From NCBI GenBank assembly GCA_963703225.1, contig OY969801.1, positions 2,784,001 to 2,848,000 on the forward strand: a stretch of DNA of 64,000 nucleotides. Direction: 5' to 3'. Positions within the stretch are counted from its first letter, which is position 1, and the number at the start of each line of letters is the position of its first letter. The stretch comes from Candidatus Eiseniibacteriota bacterium. GTDB taxonomy: Bacteria; Eisenbacteria; RBG-16-71-46; SZUA-252. The notes beneath the pieces are model-generated. The model saw only the letters and a list, made by a program, of their open reading frames with translations. It did no database searches and was not told the DNA's origin. Of the stretch, positions 11,190 through 21,322 are shown one piece after another. The position numbers and the translations under genes were made by a program.

Positions 11190-13550
11190 TCATGATAAGG
11201 ATCCCTGTTCTTTGCGCGAAGTGACGCCGCTTCGGCGCTGGTAGATGAACGAGAACACCAACAGGACGGCCCCCACGCCGAGCGCGATGACAAAGCGCCA
11301 GAATACGTCCACACGCTGAAGGTCGAAGAGGACGAACTTCGCCAAGGTCACTCCGACAAGCCCCAGCCCCGTCCACCTTACAAAGGCCGAGCCGCGCGCC
11401 CATCCGAGCGTGAGGAGCGCTCCGGCCTGGAGGATCCAGGCAGCGCACGTAATCCCCGCGGCGAGCATTGCATTCGATTGATCTAGGTTTGAGCCTATCG
11501 CCACGCCTGGTGCGATCACGGACGCCAGATGGCCTGCTTCGCGCGCGGTCCAAGAGAGCAATGCGACGTTCGCGGCGATCAGGGCAACCTCCGGCGAGCG
11601 GCGCTCGTTTCCGCCTAGCTCGGAGCGACGGGACCAAAGGAACGCCGCCACGATCATCAGCACCGCGATACACAGGAGGGTCAGGAGTCCAGCCGGGTAT
11701 AGAACCGGCGGGTCGCCCGCTTTCCAATACTGCCCTTCGGTGAGGGCCACGAGGAATGGGATAGAGCCGATTGCTGCGACGGCATAGCCGACGTGCCGCA
11801 GGACCGGCGCCCGCCGGACGGACGCCAGGAAGACCAGGAGCCCCGATTGCACAATCCAGGCAACGCCCACGATGAGCGTCGAGTCGACGGTGGCGACTGT
11901 CGGTGCGACAGGAGGAGCCTGGCCCTGCGCGGCGGTCAGGACAGGCGCGCCAAGAGCCGCGATCCATCGCGCAATGTACGGCGCCTCTCTGTAGAGCCAG
12001 GCCATGATGAGCGCGTTGGTAGCGACGAGCAACATGCCGGGCGCGTGGCGTTCGCTGTCGGAGAGCGATTCCCGGCTCCGCCCTATGCGATCCGAGACAG
12101 CAAGGAAGGCTGCGACGCAGAAAAGATCACGCAGCGCCGCTCCATTGAAGATGCCGATACCGCCGCCGGCCACTGGATCGTAGCTGGTTGGAGTGGTCAG
12201 CAGGCGCGATAGCACGAGCAGAGACACACCATAGCCTAGACCGCGGATCCACCCGGCGCGGGGTGCGGTGCCGAGCCAGATCAGCGATACTCCCTCGACG
12301 CACCACGCCAGCGAAAGGTACTCGCTCGCCAGGAGCCGCTCGAGTGCGGCAGCCAGAAAGATGGTCGCGGCGGCCGTCAGCGGGCGCCAAAGATCCCGCT
12401 CCGATCTCCTAGCGTCCACCCATAGCGCGGTAAGCAGGTTCACGAAGCTGAGGGCCAAGAGCAGCCCTCCCGTCGTCACTCCCTTCCTGGCGGCAAGATA
12501 GGAAAGCGTTGTGATGAGGAGGAGCATCGGAGCCATTGCCACCACCGCGAGATCGATGCCGCGGACCGGACCCGGATTCCGGGCGAACCGGACCACGGGT
12601 GCCATTCCGAGCGCCGTGAACAAAGTGCTCAGCCCGAGCTGGATCGGAAAGCTCCAGACGGCGCCCCTCGTGTGAATGACCCAAGTCATACTCGTCAGAA
12701 CGAGGGCCATGAGAACGAGTCCGCTCCAGCCCCTAAGGGCGGTGAGGGCGAAGACGACCACGTTCACGACGGCAAAGTATCCGAGGAGGGCCGGGAGCGA
12801 GAGATGGAACCCCGAGCCCGACATCGAGGCCACGAGGAGAGGAACGAATGCTCCCACGACGCCAAGTGACGCGATGACGGCCTGCGTTCGACGTAGCCCG
12901 ATGTCCACGGTGAGGAACGAGAGCAGGGATAGGAGCGCGAACGTCGCCCACCCGGAGAGAACGTTCATCCGGAAGTGCCCCTGGTAGAGCGTGATGTAGA
13001 CGACCCCGAGACCCACCCCGAGAAGCGCGTGGCCCAGCGGACGAAGCGTTCGCGCGATGCGGTCTCCGCGCCACGCCAGGAGGACACCAAGGAGGACTCC
13101 CGCGACGACGAGGATCTCCGGTCCGATCTTCCCCTTGGTGTAGCCCCATAGAATGAGAAAGAAGGTGCCCAAGAGAAGAAGTACCGACCCCACGTTCTGA
13201 AGCCAGATCCCCCCAACGAGCTGCTCGAGCCGTGCGGAATCGAGCGTTGGAGCAGCCGCGATGGCGCGGATGGGCTCCAGGGCTGGGACAGTATGCATGG
13301 CGGGAGCAATTCCTGGGGCCGCGGGCGCCGGCATCGTGGACGTGGCCATGGCTGTGGGAGCGGGAGCCTCCCTTCCTATCACATCGACGTTCTTCTTCCC
13401 GGCCCCGAACTCTGCCTCCAGCGCATCGAGTCGGTGGCGAATTCGACGAAGCTCCTTCTTCGAGTCGACAGCGATCACGAGAGCGATGACCGGAAGGAGA
13501 AGCCAGGCCAAACTGAGGAGCGCGACGAAGAGGGCGAATTCGAGATTCAC
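11190..13550 (-). CDS. DUF2339-family multi-pass membrane protein
   Basis: LEQLVGGIWL, many TM segments, C-terminal KFVLFDL...RFVIALGVG...SFIYQR; AGGAGG before GTG. Confidence 0.8.
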   Translation of the reverse strand: MNLEFALFVALLSLAWLLLPVIALVIAVDSKKELRRIRHRLDALEAEFGAGKKNVDVIGREAPAPTAMATSTMPAPAAPGIAPAMHTVPALEPIRAIAAAPTLDSARLEQLVGGIWLQNVGSVLLLLGTFFLILWGYTKGKIGPEILVVAGVLLGVLLAWRGDRIARTLRPLGHALLGVGLGVVYITLYQGHFRMNVLSGWATFALLSLLSFLTVDIGLRRTQAVIASLGVVGAFVPLLVASMSGSGFHLSLPALLGYFAVVNVVVFALTALRGWSGLVLMALVLTSMTWVIHTRGAVWSFPIQLGLSTLFTALGMAPVVRFARNPGPVRGIDLAVVAMAPMLLLITTLSYLAARKGVTTGGLLLALSFVNLLTALWVDARRSERDLWRPLTAAATIFLAAALERLLASEYLSLAWCVEGVSLIWLGTAPRAGWIRGLGYGVSLLVLSRLLTTPTSYDPVAGGGIGIFNGAALRDLFCVAAFLAVSDRIGRSRESLSDSERHAPGMLLVATNALIMAWLYREAPYIARWIAALGAPVLTAAQGQAPPVAPTVATVDSTLIVGVAWIVQSGLLVFLASVRRAPVLRHVGYAVAAIGSIPFLVALTEGQYWKAGDPPVLYPAGLLTLLCIAVLMIVAAFLWSRRSELGGNERRSPEVALIAANVALLSWTAREAGHLASVIAPGVAIGSNLDQSNAMLAAGITCAAWILQAGALLTLGWARGSAFVRWTGLGLVGVTLAKFVLFDLQRVDVFWRFVIALGVGAVLLVFSFIYQRRSGVTSRKEQGSLS

Positions 13551-13739
13551 ATCGCCTCCTGACCCCCCGCGGGGCAACGCACGGGTTGTACTACTGGACG
13601 TCTGCGCCAGTCCTCGAGGAGGTGGGACTCCTACGCCGCGCGATCACGGCCGGGATGATAGGCTCAATGCTGCGCCCGATCCAGCGGGATATCGCTCCCT
13701 GAGGGCCCTACCGTTCGCTGTCCCGCGGGGAGCGGTGAG

Positions 13740-16511
13740 CTACCTTGCTACGACGATCTTCCGCGCCTCAACTTGGCCAGCTTGCTCCAGCTTGGCGAAA
13801 TAGGTGCCTGACGCGACGGGCCGGCCCAAAGCATCCCTTCCGTCCCAACCCACCATGCGCCATCCCGAAGGCATCGCCTGATCGAATATCGTAACCACCT
13901 TTCGACCTGCCACGGTGTAGATGGCTAGCTTCACCGGGCCGCCCTTGGGAACTGCAAAGTTCAGATTCGTTCGCGCTCCGAAGGGATTCGGGTAGACGGG
14001 ATCGAGCCGCAATGCGAGCGGCGCGCCTGCCTCCGTGGGCACGCTCACCCAGACTTCGCTGGAGTACCCCCGGTCTCCCACCGTCTGGACCAGCAGCCGA
14101 TAGGCATACCGCTCGCCGGGGGCCACGGTGCGGTCCTCATAGGTGACCCGGGCGCCCGACTCTGCAGACGCAACACCCAGCAAAACCCAATCGCTGGAAG
14201 CCGTCCGCCGGTACACGGTGGCCACGGTGCCCCGCGCGTCCGGGACGACCCAGCGAAGACGAACAAGCCCCAACTCGGCCTGCACGTCCTGAAGCACAAC
14301 GGAGATTGCGGTTGGAATGCCTGGGCCAAGGTTCAACAGCACTGATACCGTGTTGGAATAGGAGCTGTTATTGGCCACCGCGAGATCCGGTTTCCCATCC
14401 CCGCTCACATCTCCCATCGCGACCGAGAGGGGAGTGTCCCCCGTCCCGTAGTCCACTTTCGTCTCGAAGGTCCCGTCCCCATTGCCCAAGAGGACGGACA
14501 CAGTGTTGGAATTGGCGTTCGCCACCGCGAGATCCGGCCTCCCCTCCCCGCTTACATCCCCGATCGCTACGGAGATGGGATAGCTCCCCGTCCCGTAGTC
14601 CACCTCCGCTCCAAAGGTCCCGTCTCCAACGCCCAAGAGAACGGAAACGACATTGGAGCCGATATTCGCCACCGCGAGATCCGGCTTCCCATCCCCGCTC
14701 AAATCACCGATCGCGACGGAGGAGGGATTGATCCCCGCCCCGTAGCCCACTGCTGCCGCGAAGGTCCCATCCCCATAGCCCAAGAGAACGGACACGACGG
14801 TGGAGCCGCTATTCGCCACCGCGAGATCCGGATTCCCATCCCCGCTCACGTCTCCGATCGCGACGGAGGTGGAACCGCTTCCTGTCGCGTAGTCCACCTT
14901 CGCCCCGAAGGTCCCATCCCCATTGCCCAAGAGAACGGAAACTAAGCCAAAGCCGAAATTCGCCACGGCGAGGTCTGGATTCCCATCCCCGCTCAAATCA
15001 CCGATCGCGACGGAGGAGGGTAGGTCCCCCACCCCCATGTCCACCTTCGACCCAAAGGTCCCGTCCCCATTGCCCAAGAGAACGGAAACGGTATTGGAAC
15101 CGCCATTCGCCACCGCGAGATCCGGCTTCCCATCCCCGCTCACGTCTCCGATCGCAACGGAGGAGGGACCGCTCCCCGTACCGTAGTCCACCTTCGCCCC
15201 AAAGGTCCCGTCTCCATTGCCCAGGAGAACGGAAACGGTACCGGAGCCGCTATTCGCCACCGTGAGATCCGGCTTCCCATCCCCGCTCACGTCCCCCATC
15301 GCGACGGAGGAGGGTTCGCTTCCGGCGCCGTAGTTCACGTTCGCTCCGAAGCTCCCATCCCCATTGCCCAGGAGAACGGAGAGGGTACTGGAGCCGCCAT
15401 TCGCCACCGCTAGATCCAGCTTCCCGTCCCCACTCACATCCCCTACCGCTATCGTTGAGGGACTCCTCCCCGTCCCGTAGTCCACCTTCGCCCCAAAGGT
15501 CCCGTCCCCATTGCCCAAGAGAATAGACACGGTGTTGGCGTCATTCGGCACCGCGAGATCCGGCTTCCCATCCCCGCTCACATCGCCGATCGCGACGGAG
15601 GAGGGATTGAGCCCTGTCCCGTACTCAACATTCGCTCCGAAGGTCCCGTCCCCATTGCCCAAAAGAACAGACACGGAGCTCACGTCTTGATTCGGCACCG
15701 CGAAATCCGGCTTCCCATCTCCACTCAAATCCCCGATCGCGATTGAGACCGGGCCACTCCCAGTCCCGTAGTCCACCTTTGCCCCGAATGTCCCGTCCCC
15801 ATTGCCCAAGAGAACGGAGACGGTGCTGGAGCTGTAATTCGGCACCGCGAGATCAGGCTTCCCGTCCCCGCTTACGTCCCCGATAGCGACGGCTCGCGGA
15901 CCGCCCCCCGTCTCGTAGTCCACCTTCGCCCCAAAGGTTCCGTCTCCATTGCCCAGGAGAACGGAGATGCTGTCGGCGTCATTCGGGACCGCGAGATCCT
16001 GCTTCCCATCCCCGCTCACATCCGCCATCGCAACGGTGCGAGGACCGCTCCCCGTCCCGAAGTCCACCTTCGCTCCAAACGTCCCGTCCCCATTGCCCAG
16101 GAGCACAGACACCGTGTTGGAGCCGTAGTTTGCCACTGCGAGGTCCGGCTTCCCGTCCCCGTTCACATCCCCGATCGCGACTCCCCGGGGACTGTCCCCC
16201 ACCCCATAGTCCACCTTCGCCCTGAAGGTCCCGTCTCCATTGCCCAAGAGAACCGACACGGTGGCACCGCTGTAATTCCCTGCAGCGAGGTCCGGCCTCC
16301 CATCTCCGTTCAGATCTGCCATCGCGACGGAGAATGGCGAAGGGCCCGTATCGAACGACAGAAACGCCGACGCAAACATCGGCCCGCCCCAGGACTTCTC
16401 CGAGGAGACCGTGATGACCGACAGACACAGGGCAAGCAGGAGCCCCAATCGCGGCACGACATGTTGACGACGGCCGGAACAGCGAGCTGCGGAAACCGGA
16501 GAGCCACTCAT
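13740..16511 (-). CDS. Secreted FG-GAP/VCBS repeat protein (14 repeats) with FlgD-Ig/T9SS-like C-terminal module
   Basis: 14 x GD(V/L)SGDGKPDLAVAN...VSVLLGNGDGTF; C-terminal YPNPF...WDGRD...VASGTYF. Confidence 0.9.
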   Translation of the reverse strand: MSGSPVSAARCSGRRQHVVPRLGLLLALCLSVITVSSEKSWGGPMFASAFLSFDTGPSPFSVAMADLNGDGRPDLAAGNYSGATVSVLLGNGDGTFRAKVDYGVGDSPRGVAIGDVNGDGKPDLAVANYGSNTVSVLLGNGDGTFGAKVDFGTGSGPRTVAMADVSGDGKQDLAVPNDADSISVLLGNGDGTFGAKVDYETGGGPRAVAIGDVSGDGKPDLAVPNYSSSTVSVLLGNGDGTFGAKVDYGTGSGPVSIAIGDLSGDGKPDFAVPNQDVSSVSVLLGNGDGTFGANVEYGTGLNPSSVAIGDVSGDGKPDLAVPNDANTVSILLGNGDGTFGAKVDYGTGRSPSTIAVGDVSGDGKLDLAVANGGSSTLSVLLGNGDGSFGANVNYGAGSEPSSVAMGDVSGDGKPDLTVANSGSGTVSVLLGNGDGTFGAKVDYGTGSGPSSVAIGDVSGDGKPDLAVANGGSNTVSVLLGNGDGTFGSKVDMGVGDLPSSVAIGDLSGDGNPDLAVANFGFGLVSVLLGNGDGTFGAKVDYATGSGSTSVAIGDVSGDGNPDLAVANSGSTVVSVLLGYGDGTFAAAVGYGAGINPSSVAIGDLSGDGKPDLAVANIGSNVVSVLLGVGDGTFGAEVDYGTGSYPISVAIGDVSGEGRPDLAVANANSNTVSVLLGNGDGTFETKVDYGTGDTPLSVAMGDVSGDGKPDLAVANNSSYSNTVSVLLNLGPGIPTAISVVLQDVQAELGLVRLRWVVPDARGTVATVYRRTASSDWVLLGVASAESGARVTYEDRTVAPGERYAYRLLVQTVGDRGYSSEVWVSVPTEAGAPLALRLDPVYPNPFGARTNLNFAVPKGGPVKLAIYTVAGRKVVTIFDQAMPSGWRMVGWDGRDALGRPVASGTYFAKLEQAGQVEARKIVVAR

Positions 16512-16577
16512 GGCAGCACCTCCCTTTGAAGAACGGGCATTGGCGGACAACGCCCTTGCGACGTGAGAGGACCGCCT

Positions 16578-16610
16578 AGTGTACGCCTTAAGAGTAGCCC
16601 TGCACATTGC
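16578..16610 (-). promoter_or_regulatory. Putative promoter shared by FlgD-tailed genes (copy 1)
   Basis: Minus strand GCAATGTGCAGGGCTACTCTTAAGGCGTACACT; near-copy at 23409-23440, partial copy at 41464-41476. Confidence 0.5.
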
Positions 16611-16866
16611 AGGGTGGCACCCACGGGGGAAACTCCAGACGCGCTCTGACCGACCCGAAGGGAGGTTGCACCTACCCAAGCTGCTCCTTCTTGGCGGGCT
16701 TGAAGTTGCCGGCGAGCTCCGGCACTGCTCCCCCCACGCCAGGGGCGCTGAGGGCTTCGAAGGCCGAGACGACCGCGACACGAAGCCCGCCCGCACTAGC
16801 GGAGCAGGGGATCCCGCTCGCGGTACCCACCATCGACGTGATCCTTTCCAACGCGAGCGGAAAGGT

Positions 16867-16908
16867 ACTTTCACTCGCCAACCGGAGATCCTCTTGACCC
16901 TCGCGCGC
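16867..16908 (+). pseudogene. Inverted remnant of the 5' end of a MocR-family gene
   Basis: Encodes TFTRQPEILLTLAR versus TFTRQPEILLTLER in 17018..18454(-); differences are almost all synonymous. Confidence 0.6.
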
Positions 16909-17017
16909 CGATTCTACGCCGCCCGGAACGCCCGATCTCGCGCGCCGCAACCAGTGATCACCGCACGCTTCTTCCCCCACTAATCCGAACGCGCCGGCAT
17001 CGCGTCGCGTCGGCGAC

Positions 17018-18454
17018 TCAGCCCCGCCCGGACGATCGCCCCGCGTCGCCGCTCCGGCACGCCTCCGCCACCCGCCGCACCGCCTCGCGGATTCCTCCCT
17101 CGCTCATTCCGCCGTACCCGAGGACCAGTGCCGGCATGGTGGAATCCGAGGGCCGAGCCCGGTACGCACCCATCGCGTAGACGAGGACCGAGCGCTCGGC
17201 CGCGGCTCGCACCACGGACTGCTCCTCTAGGCCTCGAGGCAACTCGACCACCAGGTGCAGCCCGGCGACTGCGCCGTGCGTTCGCCAGCCTGGGAGATGT
17301 CGGGTGATGGCCGCGGCGAGTGCGTCGCGGCGGCGGCGATATGTCAGGCGCATGCGCCGCAAATGTCGGTCGAGGTCGCCGCTGCGCAGGAGCTCGGCGT
17401 AGACCAGCTGGTCGATGGCGGCCGAGCCCAGGTCGGCGATCCGCTTGCTCTCGGCCGCGGCCTTGCGCCAGGCGCGGGGCACCACCATCCACCCCAGGCG
17501 GAGTGCCGGGGCGAGAATCTTGCTCGCCGAGCCCGCGTAGACGACGTGTCTCGGGTCGAGGCCCTGGAGCGCTCCCACTCCGGCGCGGTCGTAGCGATAC
17601 TCGGCGTCGTAGTCGTCCTCGATGACAAGCGCGCCGCGCTCGTTCGCCCAAGCGCAGAGCTCCTGGCGCCGTTTAGGTGCCATCACGGCTCCGGTCGGAA
17701 ACTGGTGCGCCGGAGTGACCAGGACCGCATCCACCTCGAGCCGCGCGAGGCGATCCACGCGGAGGCCGCGCTCGTCCACGGCGACGGAGACCGGCTCGAG
17801 GCCCGCTTGGCGGACGATCTGCCCCAGACCGGGGTGGCCGGGGTTCTCGATCCCGATCCGCCGGGCGCCGCGGCGACGGAGCGCGTGGGAGATAACGCCC
17901 AGGCCTTGCGCGAACCCGTTGCACACGACGATGTCGCGCGGATCCGCTACGACATGACGCACACGGCCGGCGTATTCGGCCAGCGCTGCGCGCAGCTCGG
18001 GCGTGCCCTGGGGATCGCCGTAGCTCAAGTGAGCGGGGCCGAGCGAGTGCAACACCCGTCGCACCGCGCGGGCGAAGGCCGCCCGAGGAAAGAGCCGCAG
18101 ATCGGGGAGGCCCGGTCGGAAGTCGAACCGGATAGGCGCCGGGTCGGGTGCGATCGGCTCAGCGTTGTCGACCGCCGCTGGCGCGGCGGCGACGAAGGTG
18201 CGCGAGCCCCGGTGGCCGGCCAGGAAGCCTTCCGCGATGAGCTGGTCGTAGGCCTCGACGACGACCCCGCGCGATACGCCGAGATCGCGGGCAAGCGCCC
18301 GTGTCGAGGGCAGGGCAGCGCCGCGGCGCAAGCGACCCGAGCGCACCGCCTCGCGCAGCCCACGCTCGATTTGGAGGTGCAGCGCCCCTCCGCCGCGCTC
18401 GAGGGTAAGGAGTATCTCAGGCTGCCTCGTGAAAGTGGTCCTGTCTTTTCGCAT
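17018..18454 (-). CDS. MocR/GabR-type GntR regulator with PLP aminotransferase domain
   Basis: LPSTRALARDLGVSR HTH; TPAHQFPTG, IEDDYDAEYRY, SASKILAPALRLG. Confidence 0.93.
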   Translation of the reverse strand: MRKDRTTFTRQPEILLTLERGGGALHLQIERGLREAVRSGRLRRGAALPSTRALARDLGVSRGVVVEAYDQLIAEGFLAGHRGSRTFVAAAPAAVDNAEPIAPDPAPIRFDFRPGLPDLRLFPRAAFARAVRRVLHSLGPAHLSYGDPQGTPELRAALAEYAGRVRHVVADPRDIVVCNGFAQGLGVISHALRRRGARRIGIENPGHPGLGQIVRQAGLEPVSVAVDERGLRVDRLARLEVDAVLVTPAHQFPTGAVMAPKRRQELCAWANERGALVIEDDYDAEYRYDRAGVGALQGLDPRHVVYAGSASKILAPALRLGWMVVPRAWRKAAAESKRIADLGSAAIDQLVYAELLRSGDLDRHLRRMRLTYRRRRDALAAAITRHLPGWRTHGAVAGLHLVVELPRGLEEQSVVRAAAERSVLVYAMGAYRARPSDSTMPALVLGYGGMSEGGIREAVRRVAEACRSGDAGRSSGRG

Positions 18455-18598
18455 GGAACCGGAGCTTACACAAGGACCGGCACTCCGCCTATCCTCCGCT
18501 GCGTGCCCGACCTCGGCGACGTGGAGACCGCGATCCCACCCTGCGTGATTTGCGTGCTGGGCCCCGCGGAATGGGCCACCTCACACCTGGGGATAGTC

Positions 18599-19741
18599 AT
18601 GAACTGGCTCGCCGTGCTGCTGATACTGCTGAGCGCAAGCACGGCCCACGCGCGATCTCCCGTCGAGCTGAAGGAGTTCTTGTCGACCCATGCGCAGACT
18701 CCCGAGGACTACATTGTTTCGAAGTTCGCGAAGTACGACCTGGTGCTCATCGGCGAACAGCACTGGGTGCGCCAGCAGGTCACGCTGGTCGGGAGCCTCA
18801 TCCCGCAGCTTCACCGAGCGGGCATCGCTATCCTAGCGATCGAATTCGCCCGCCGAAGCGACCAGGCTTTGATCGACTCGCTGCTGAACGCGACCGAGTA
18901 CGATGAGAAGCTGGCGCGCCGGATCACCCTGCAGGGTCTCGTCCAGTGGGGCTACCAGGAGTACGTCGATCTCTACCGCGCAGCGTGGCGGGTCAACCAT
19001 GACCTGTCGCCGGGCGTGCCGCGTTTCCGCATTCTCGCGCTCGATGGCTCGCCGGACTACAGCGTCATCCGGAAGCACGAGGACCTTGACGATCCGCACG
19101 TGCGGCGTAGGATGCTGCACGGTGAGACGGAGAAGGACTGGGCGACCCTGCTCATCGACAGCGTCCTCGCGAAGCGCAAGCAGGCACTCGTCTATACCGG
19201 CTTGCATCACGCGTTCACGAAATACGCCCAGCCGATTGTCTCGGATGGAGCGCTCCTCCGTCTCGAGGATTCGCGCTTCGGCCAGTACCTGCACGCGTAC
19301 GCTCCGTCACGCATCTTCATGATCGCCATGCATGACCCGTGGCCGGGCGAAGCCGGCTACGACGCTCCGCCAGTGCTGCCGGCGGATGGGAGCCTCGACA
19401 AGGCACTGGAATCGGCCGGGAGTGGTTGGCAACGGGTGGGATTCGACTTGGTCGGCACTCCGTTCGGTGCGATGGAATCTCACACTTCCGTGTACAAGCA
19501 TGGCCACGAGCCGTTCACGATGGACGAGTTCGCGGACGGCTACGTGTACCTCGGCCCAATCTCGCGGTACGAGCCAGTCACACCCATCGCGGATTTCGTC
19601 GACGAGAGCAACATCGACTACGCGCGGGCCAACTCGGCAAATCCGGCCGACCGAACGGCGTCGATCGAGAGTTTCAACCGCTCTATCGCGGCGTCGCTCG
19701 AACGTGCGAAGAGAAGGTGGGGACAGGTACCCAGGCCCTAG
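18599..19741 (+). CDS. Secreted EreA/ChaN-like fold hypothetical protein
   Basis: Signal peptide; LIGEQH, LAIEF, YTGLHHA, DGYVYLG motifs. Confidence 0.55.
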   Translation: MNWLAVLLILLSASTAHARSPVELKEFLSTHAQTPEDYIVSKFAKYDLVLIGEQHWVRQQVTLVGSLIPQLHRAGIAILAIEFARRSDQALIDSLLNATEYDEKLARRITLQGLVQWGYQEYVDLYRAAWRVNHDLSPGVPRFRILALDGSPDYSVIRKHEDLDDPHVRRRMLHGETEKDWATLLIDSVLAKRKQALVYTGLHHAFTKYAQPIVSDGALLRLEDSRFGQYLHAYAPSRIFMIAMHDPWPGEAGYDAPPVLPADGSLDKALESAGSGWQRVGFDLVGTPFGAMESHTSVYKHGHEPFTMDEFADGYVYLGPISRYEPVTPIADFVDESNIDYARANSANPADRTASIESFNRSIAASLERAKRRWGQVPRP

Positions 19742-19781
19742 GGCATTGGCGTAGTCGCCGATCGTTGGGAGGATCAGGCGC

Positions 19782-20486
19782 ATGACTCTTCGGGCCAACT
19801 CGCGTCTCGCCGGCTTCACGTTTCTGCTCCACTTCGTGGTCGGGCTCGGCAGCATGGTCCTCTTCCAACAGGCCAGCGCCGGTGACGGGACGGCCGCCAG
19901 GCTCGCGAGCATCGCCCAGCACGCGACCCTCGTGCGCGTGGCCGCGCTGCTGCTGTCGCTCGAGTTCCTTTGCGAGCTGGTGCTGGCCGTGACGCTCTTC
20001 GCGCTCACCCGCGACCAGGACCGAGATCTGGCGCTCCTCGCCGTGGGCTGCCGCCTGACCGAGGGCGTGATCGCCGCGCTCGCCACCGGCAGCCGACTGG
20101 ATCTGCTCGCGGTCGCGATCGCGAGCCGCACGGCGACCGGCGCGGGCGCCGCGGCGGTACAGGCGCTCGGCGCCTCGCTCATGAACGGCACCGCTGGCCC
20201 CGCCGCGCTCTGCTTCTCGGTCGGCAACCTGATCTTCGCATCACTCTTCCTGCGCGCGAGAAGTATCCCGGTGTGGCTCGCCTGGCTCGGTGTGGTGGCC
20301 TCGGTCCTGGGCCTGCTGGAGTTCTCGCTGGAGATGCTGGGCTTCCTGCACGGACCCGTGACCTTCGTCCCGTGGATCCCGATGGCGCTGTTCGAGCTGA
20401 TCCTCGGGCTTTGGCTCCTGATCAAGGGTGTGGCGGTGCGATCGGCGCCCGCGCCCTACCCCACGCCCTCCGGGAGCCTCGCGTGA
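19782..20486 (+). CDS. DUF4386-family membrane protein
   Basis: RLAG, IPVWLAWLG, FELILGLWLLIKG. Confidence 0.8.
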   Translation: MTLRANSRLAGFTFLLHFVVGLGSMVLFQQASAGDGTAARLASIAQHATLVRVAALLLSLEFLCELVLAVTLFALTRDQDRDLALLAVGCRLTEGVIAALATGSRLDLLAVAIASRTATGAGAAAVQALGASLMNGTAGPAALCFSVGNLIFASLFLRARSIPVWLAWLGVVASVLGLLEFSLEMLGFLHGPVTFVPWIPMALFELILGLWLLIKGVAVRSAPAPYPTPSGSLA

Positions 20487-21259
20487 TGGTCACCTCCGGG
20501 CGGGATCCGGTGGCGCTCGACACGATCGATCCGTCGCAGCGCGCCGCCGCACGGGTGGTGGGGCTCACGTATCTTCTCGCCCTTCCGCCCGCGATCTTCG
20601 CGGAGTTCTTCGTCCTCGGCCGCCTGGTCTCCAGCGATGCGGCCGAGACCGCCCGAAACATCGTTGCGCACGAGCGACTCTTCCGCCTCGGGATCGCCAG
20701 CAACCTGTTCGTCTTTGCGCTGGACGTGGCCCTGATCGCGGCACTCTACGTCACGCTCAGGCCGGTCCACCGCGGCCTGGCCCTGCTCGCGGTCCTCTGG
20801 CGGATGATCGAGACCGTGATGCTGGTGGGAATCACGCTCAACGACTTCACCGCTCTGCGCCTGCTGAGCGGCGTCGAGTATCTCCACGCCTTCGAGCCGG
20901 AACGGCTGCACGCGCTGGCGAGGCTCGCGATGAGTGGACACGGCGCCGGGTACCAGGTGGGGCTGGTCTTCTCTGGGCTCGGGGGCACGGTGTTCTGCTG
21001 GCTGTGGCTCAGGTCCGGCTTCATTCCGAAGGCGCTCGCCGCCTGGGGGGTGTTTGCGTCGGCGCTCCTAGGAACCTGCGCGTTCACGTTCATCGTGTTC
21101 CCCGAGGCCGCGAATGTCGTCACGATCGTCTACTACGGCACCCCGATCTTCACCTTCGAGCTCGTGACCGGCTTGTGGCTCACGCTCCGGGGGATTCGGC
21201 CGCCCAGGGCGGTCGGGCCGGTCCGGGGCGCGACCGCGCACGCAGACGCTCACGCCTAG
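20486..21259 (+). CDS. DUF4386-family membrane protein (tandem paralogue)
   Basis: DAAETARNIVAHERLFRLG, IPKALAAWG, FELVTGLWL. Confidence 0.8.
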   Translation: MVTSGRDPVALDTIDPSQRAAARVVGLTYLLALPPAIFAEFFVLGRLVSSDAAETARNIVAHERLFRLGIASNLFVFALDVALIAALYVTLRPVHRGLALLAVLWRMIETVMLVGITLNDFTALRLLSGVEYLHAFEPERLHALARLAMSGHGAGYQVGLVFSGLGGTVFCWLWLRSGFIPKALAAWGVFASALLGTCAFTFIVFPEAANVVTIVYYGTPIFTFELVTGLWLTLRGIRPPRAVGPVRGATAHADAHA

Positions 21260-21322
21260 GCGCGGCCTGTGTCTGCTCCCCAAACGTAACGCTGTTCGAA
21301 CTTCACAGGACGAGCTGAGGCC

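Noticed and set aside
17255..18598. Long N-terminal extension of the 828-aa ORF and similar long antisense ORFs
   Set aside because: Shadow ORFs opposite real genes in high-GC DNA; the real start is at 18599 with a signal peptide.
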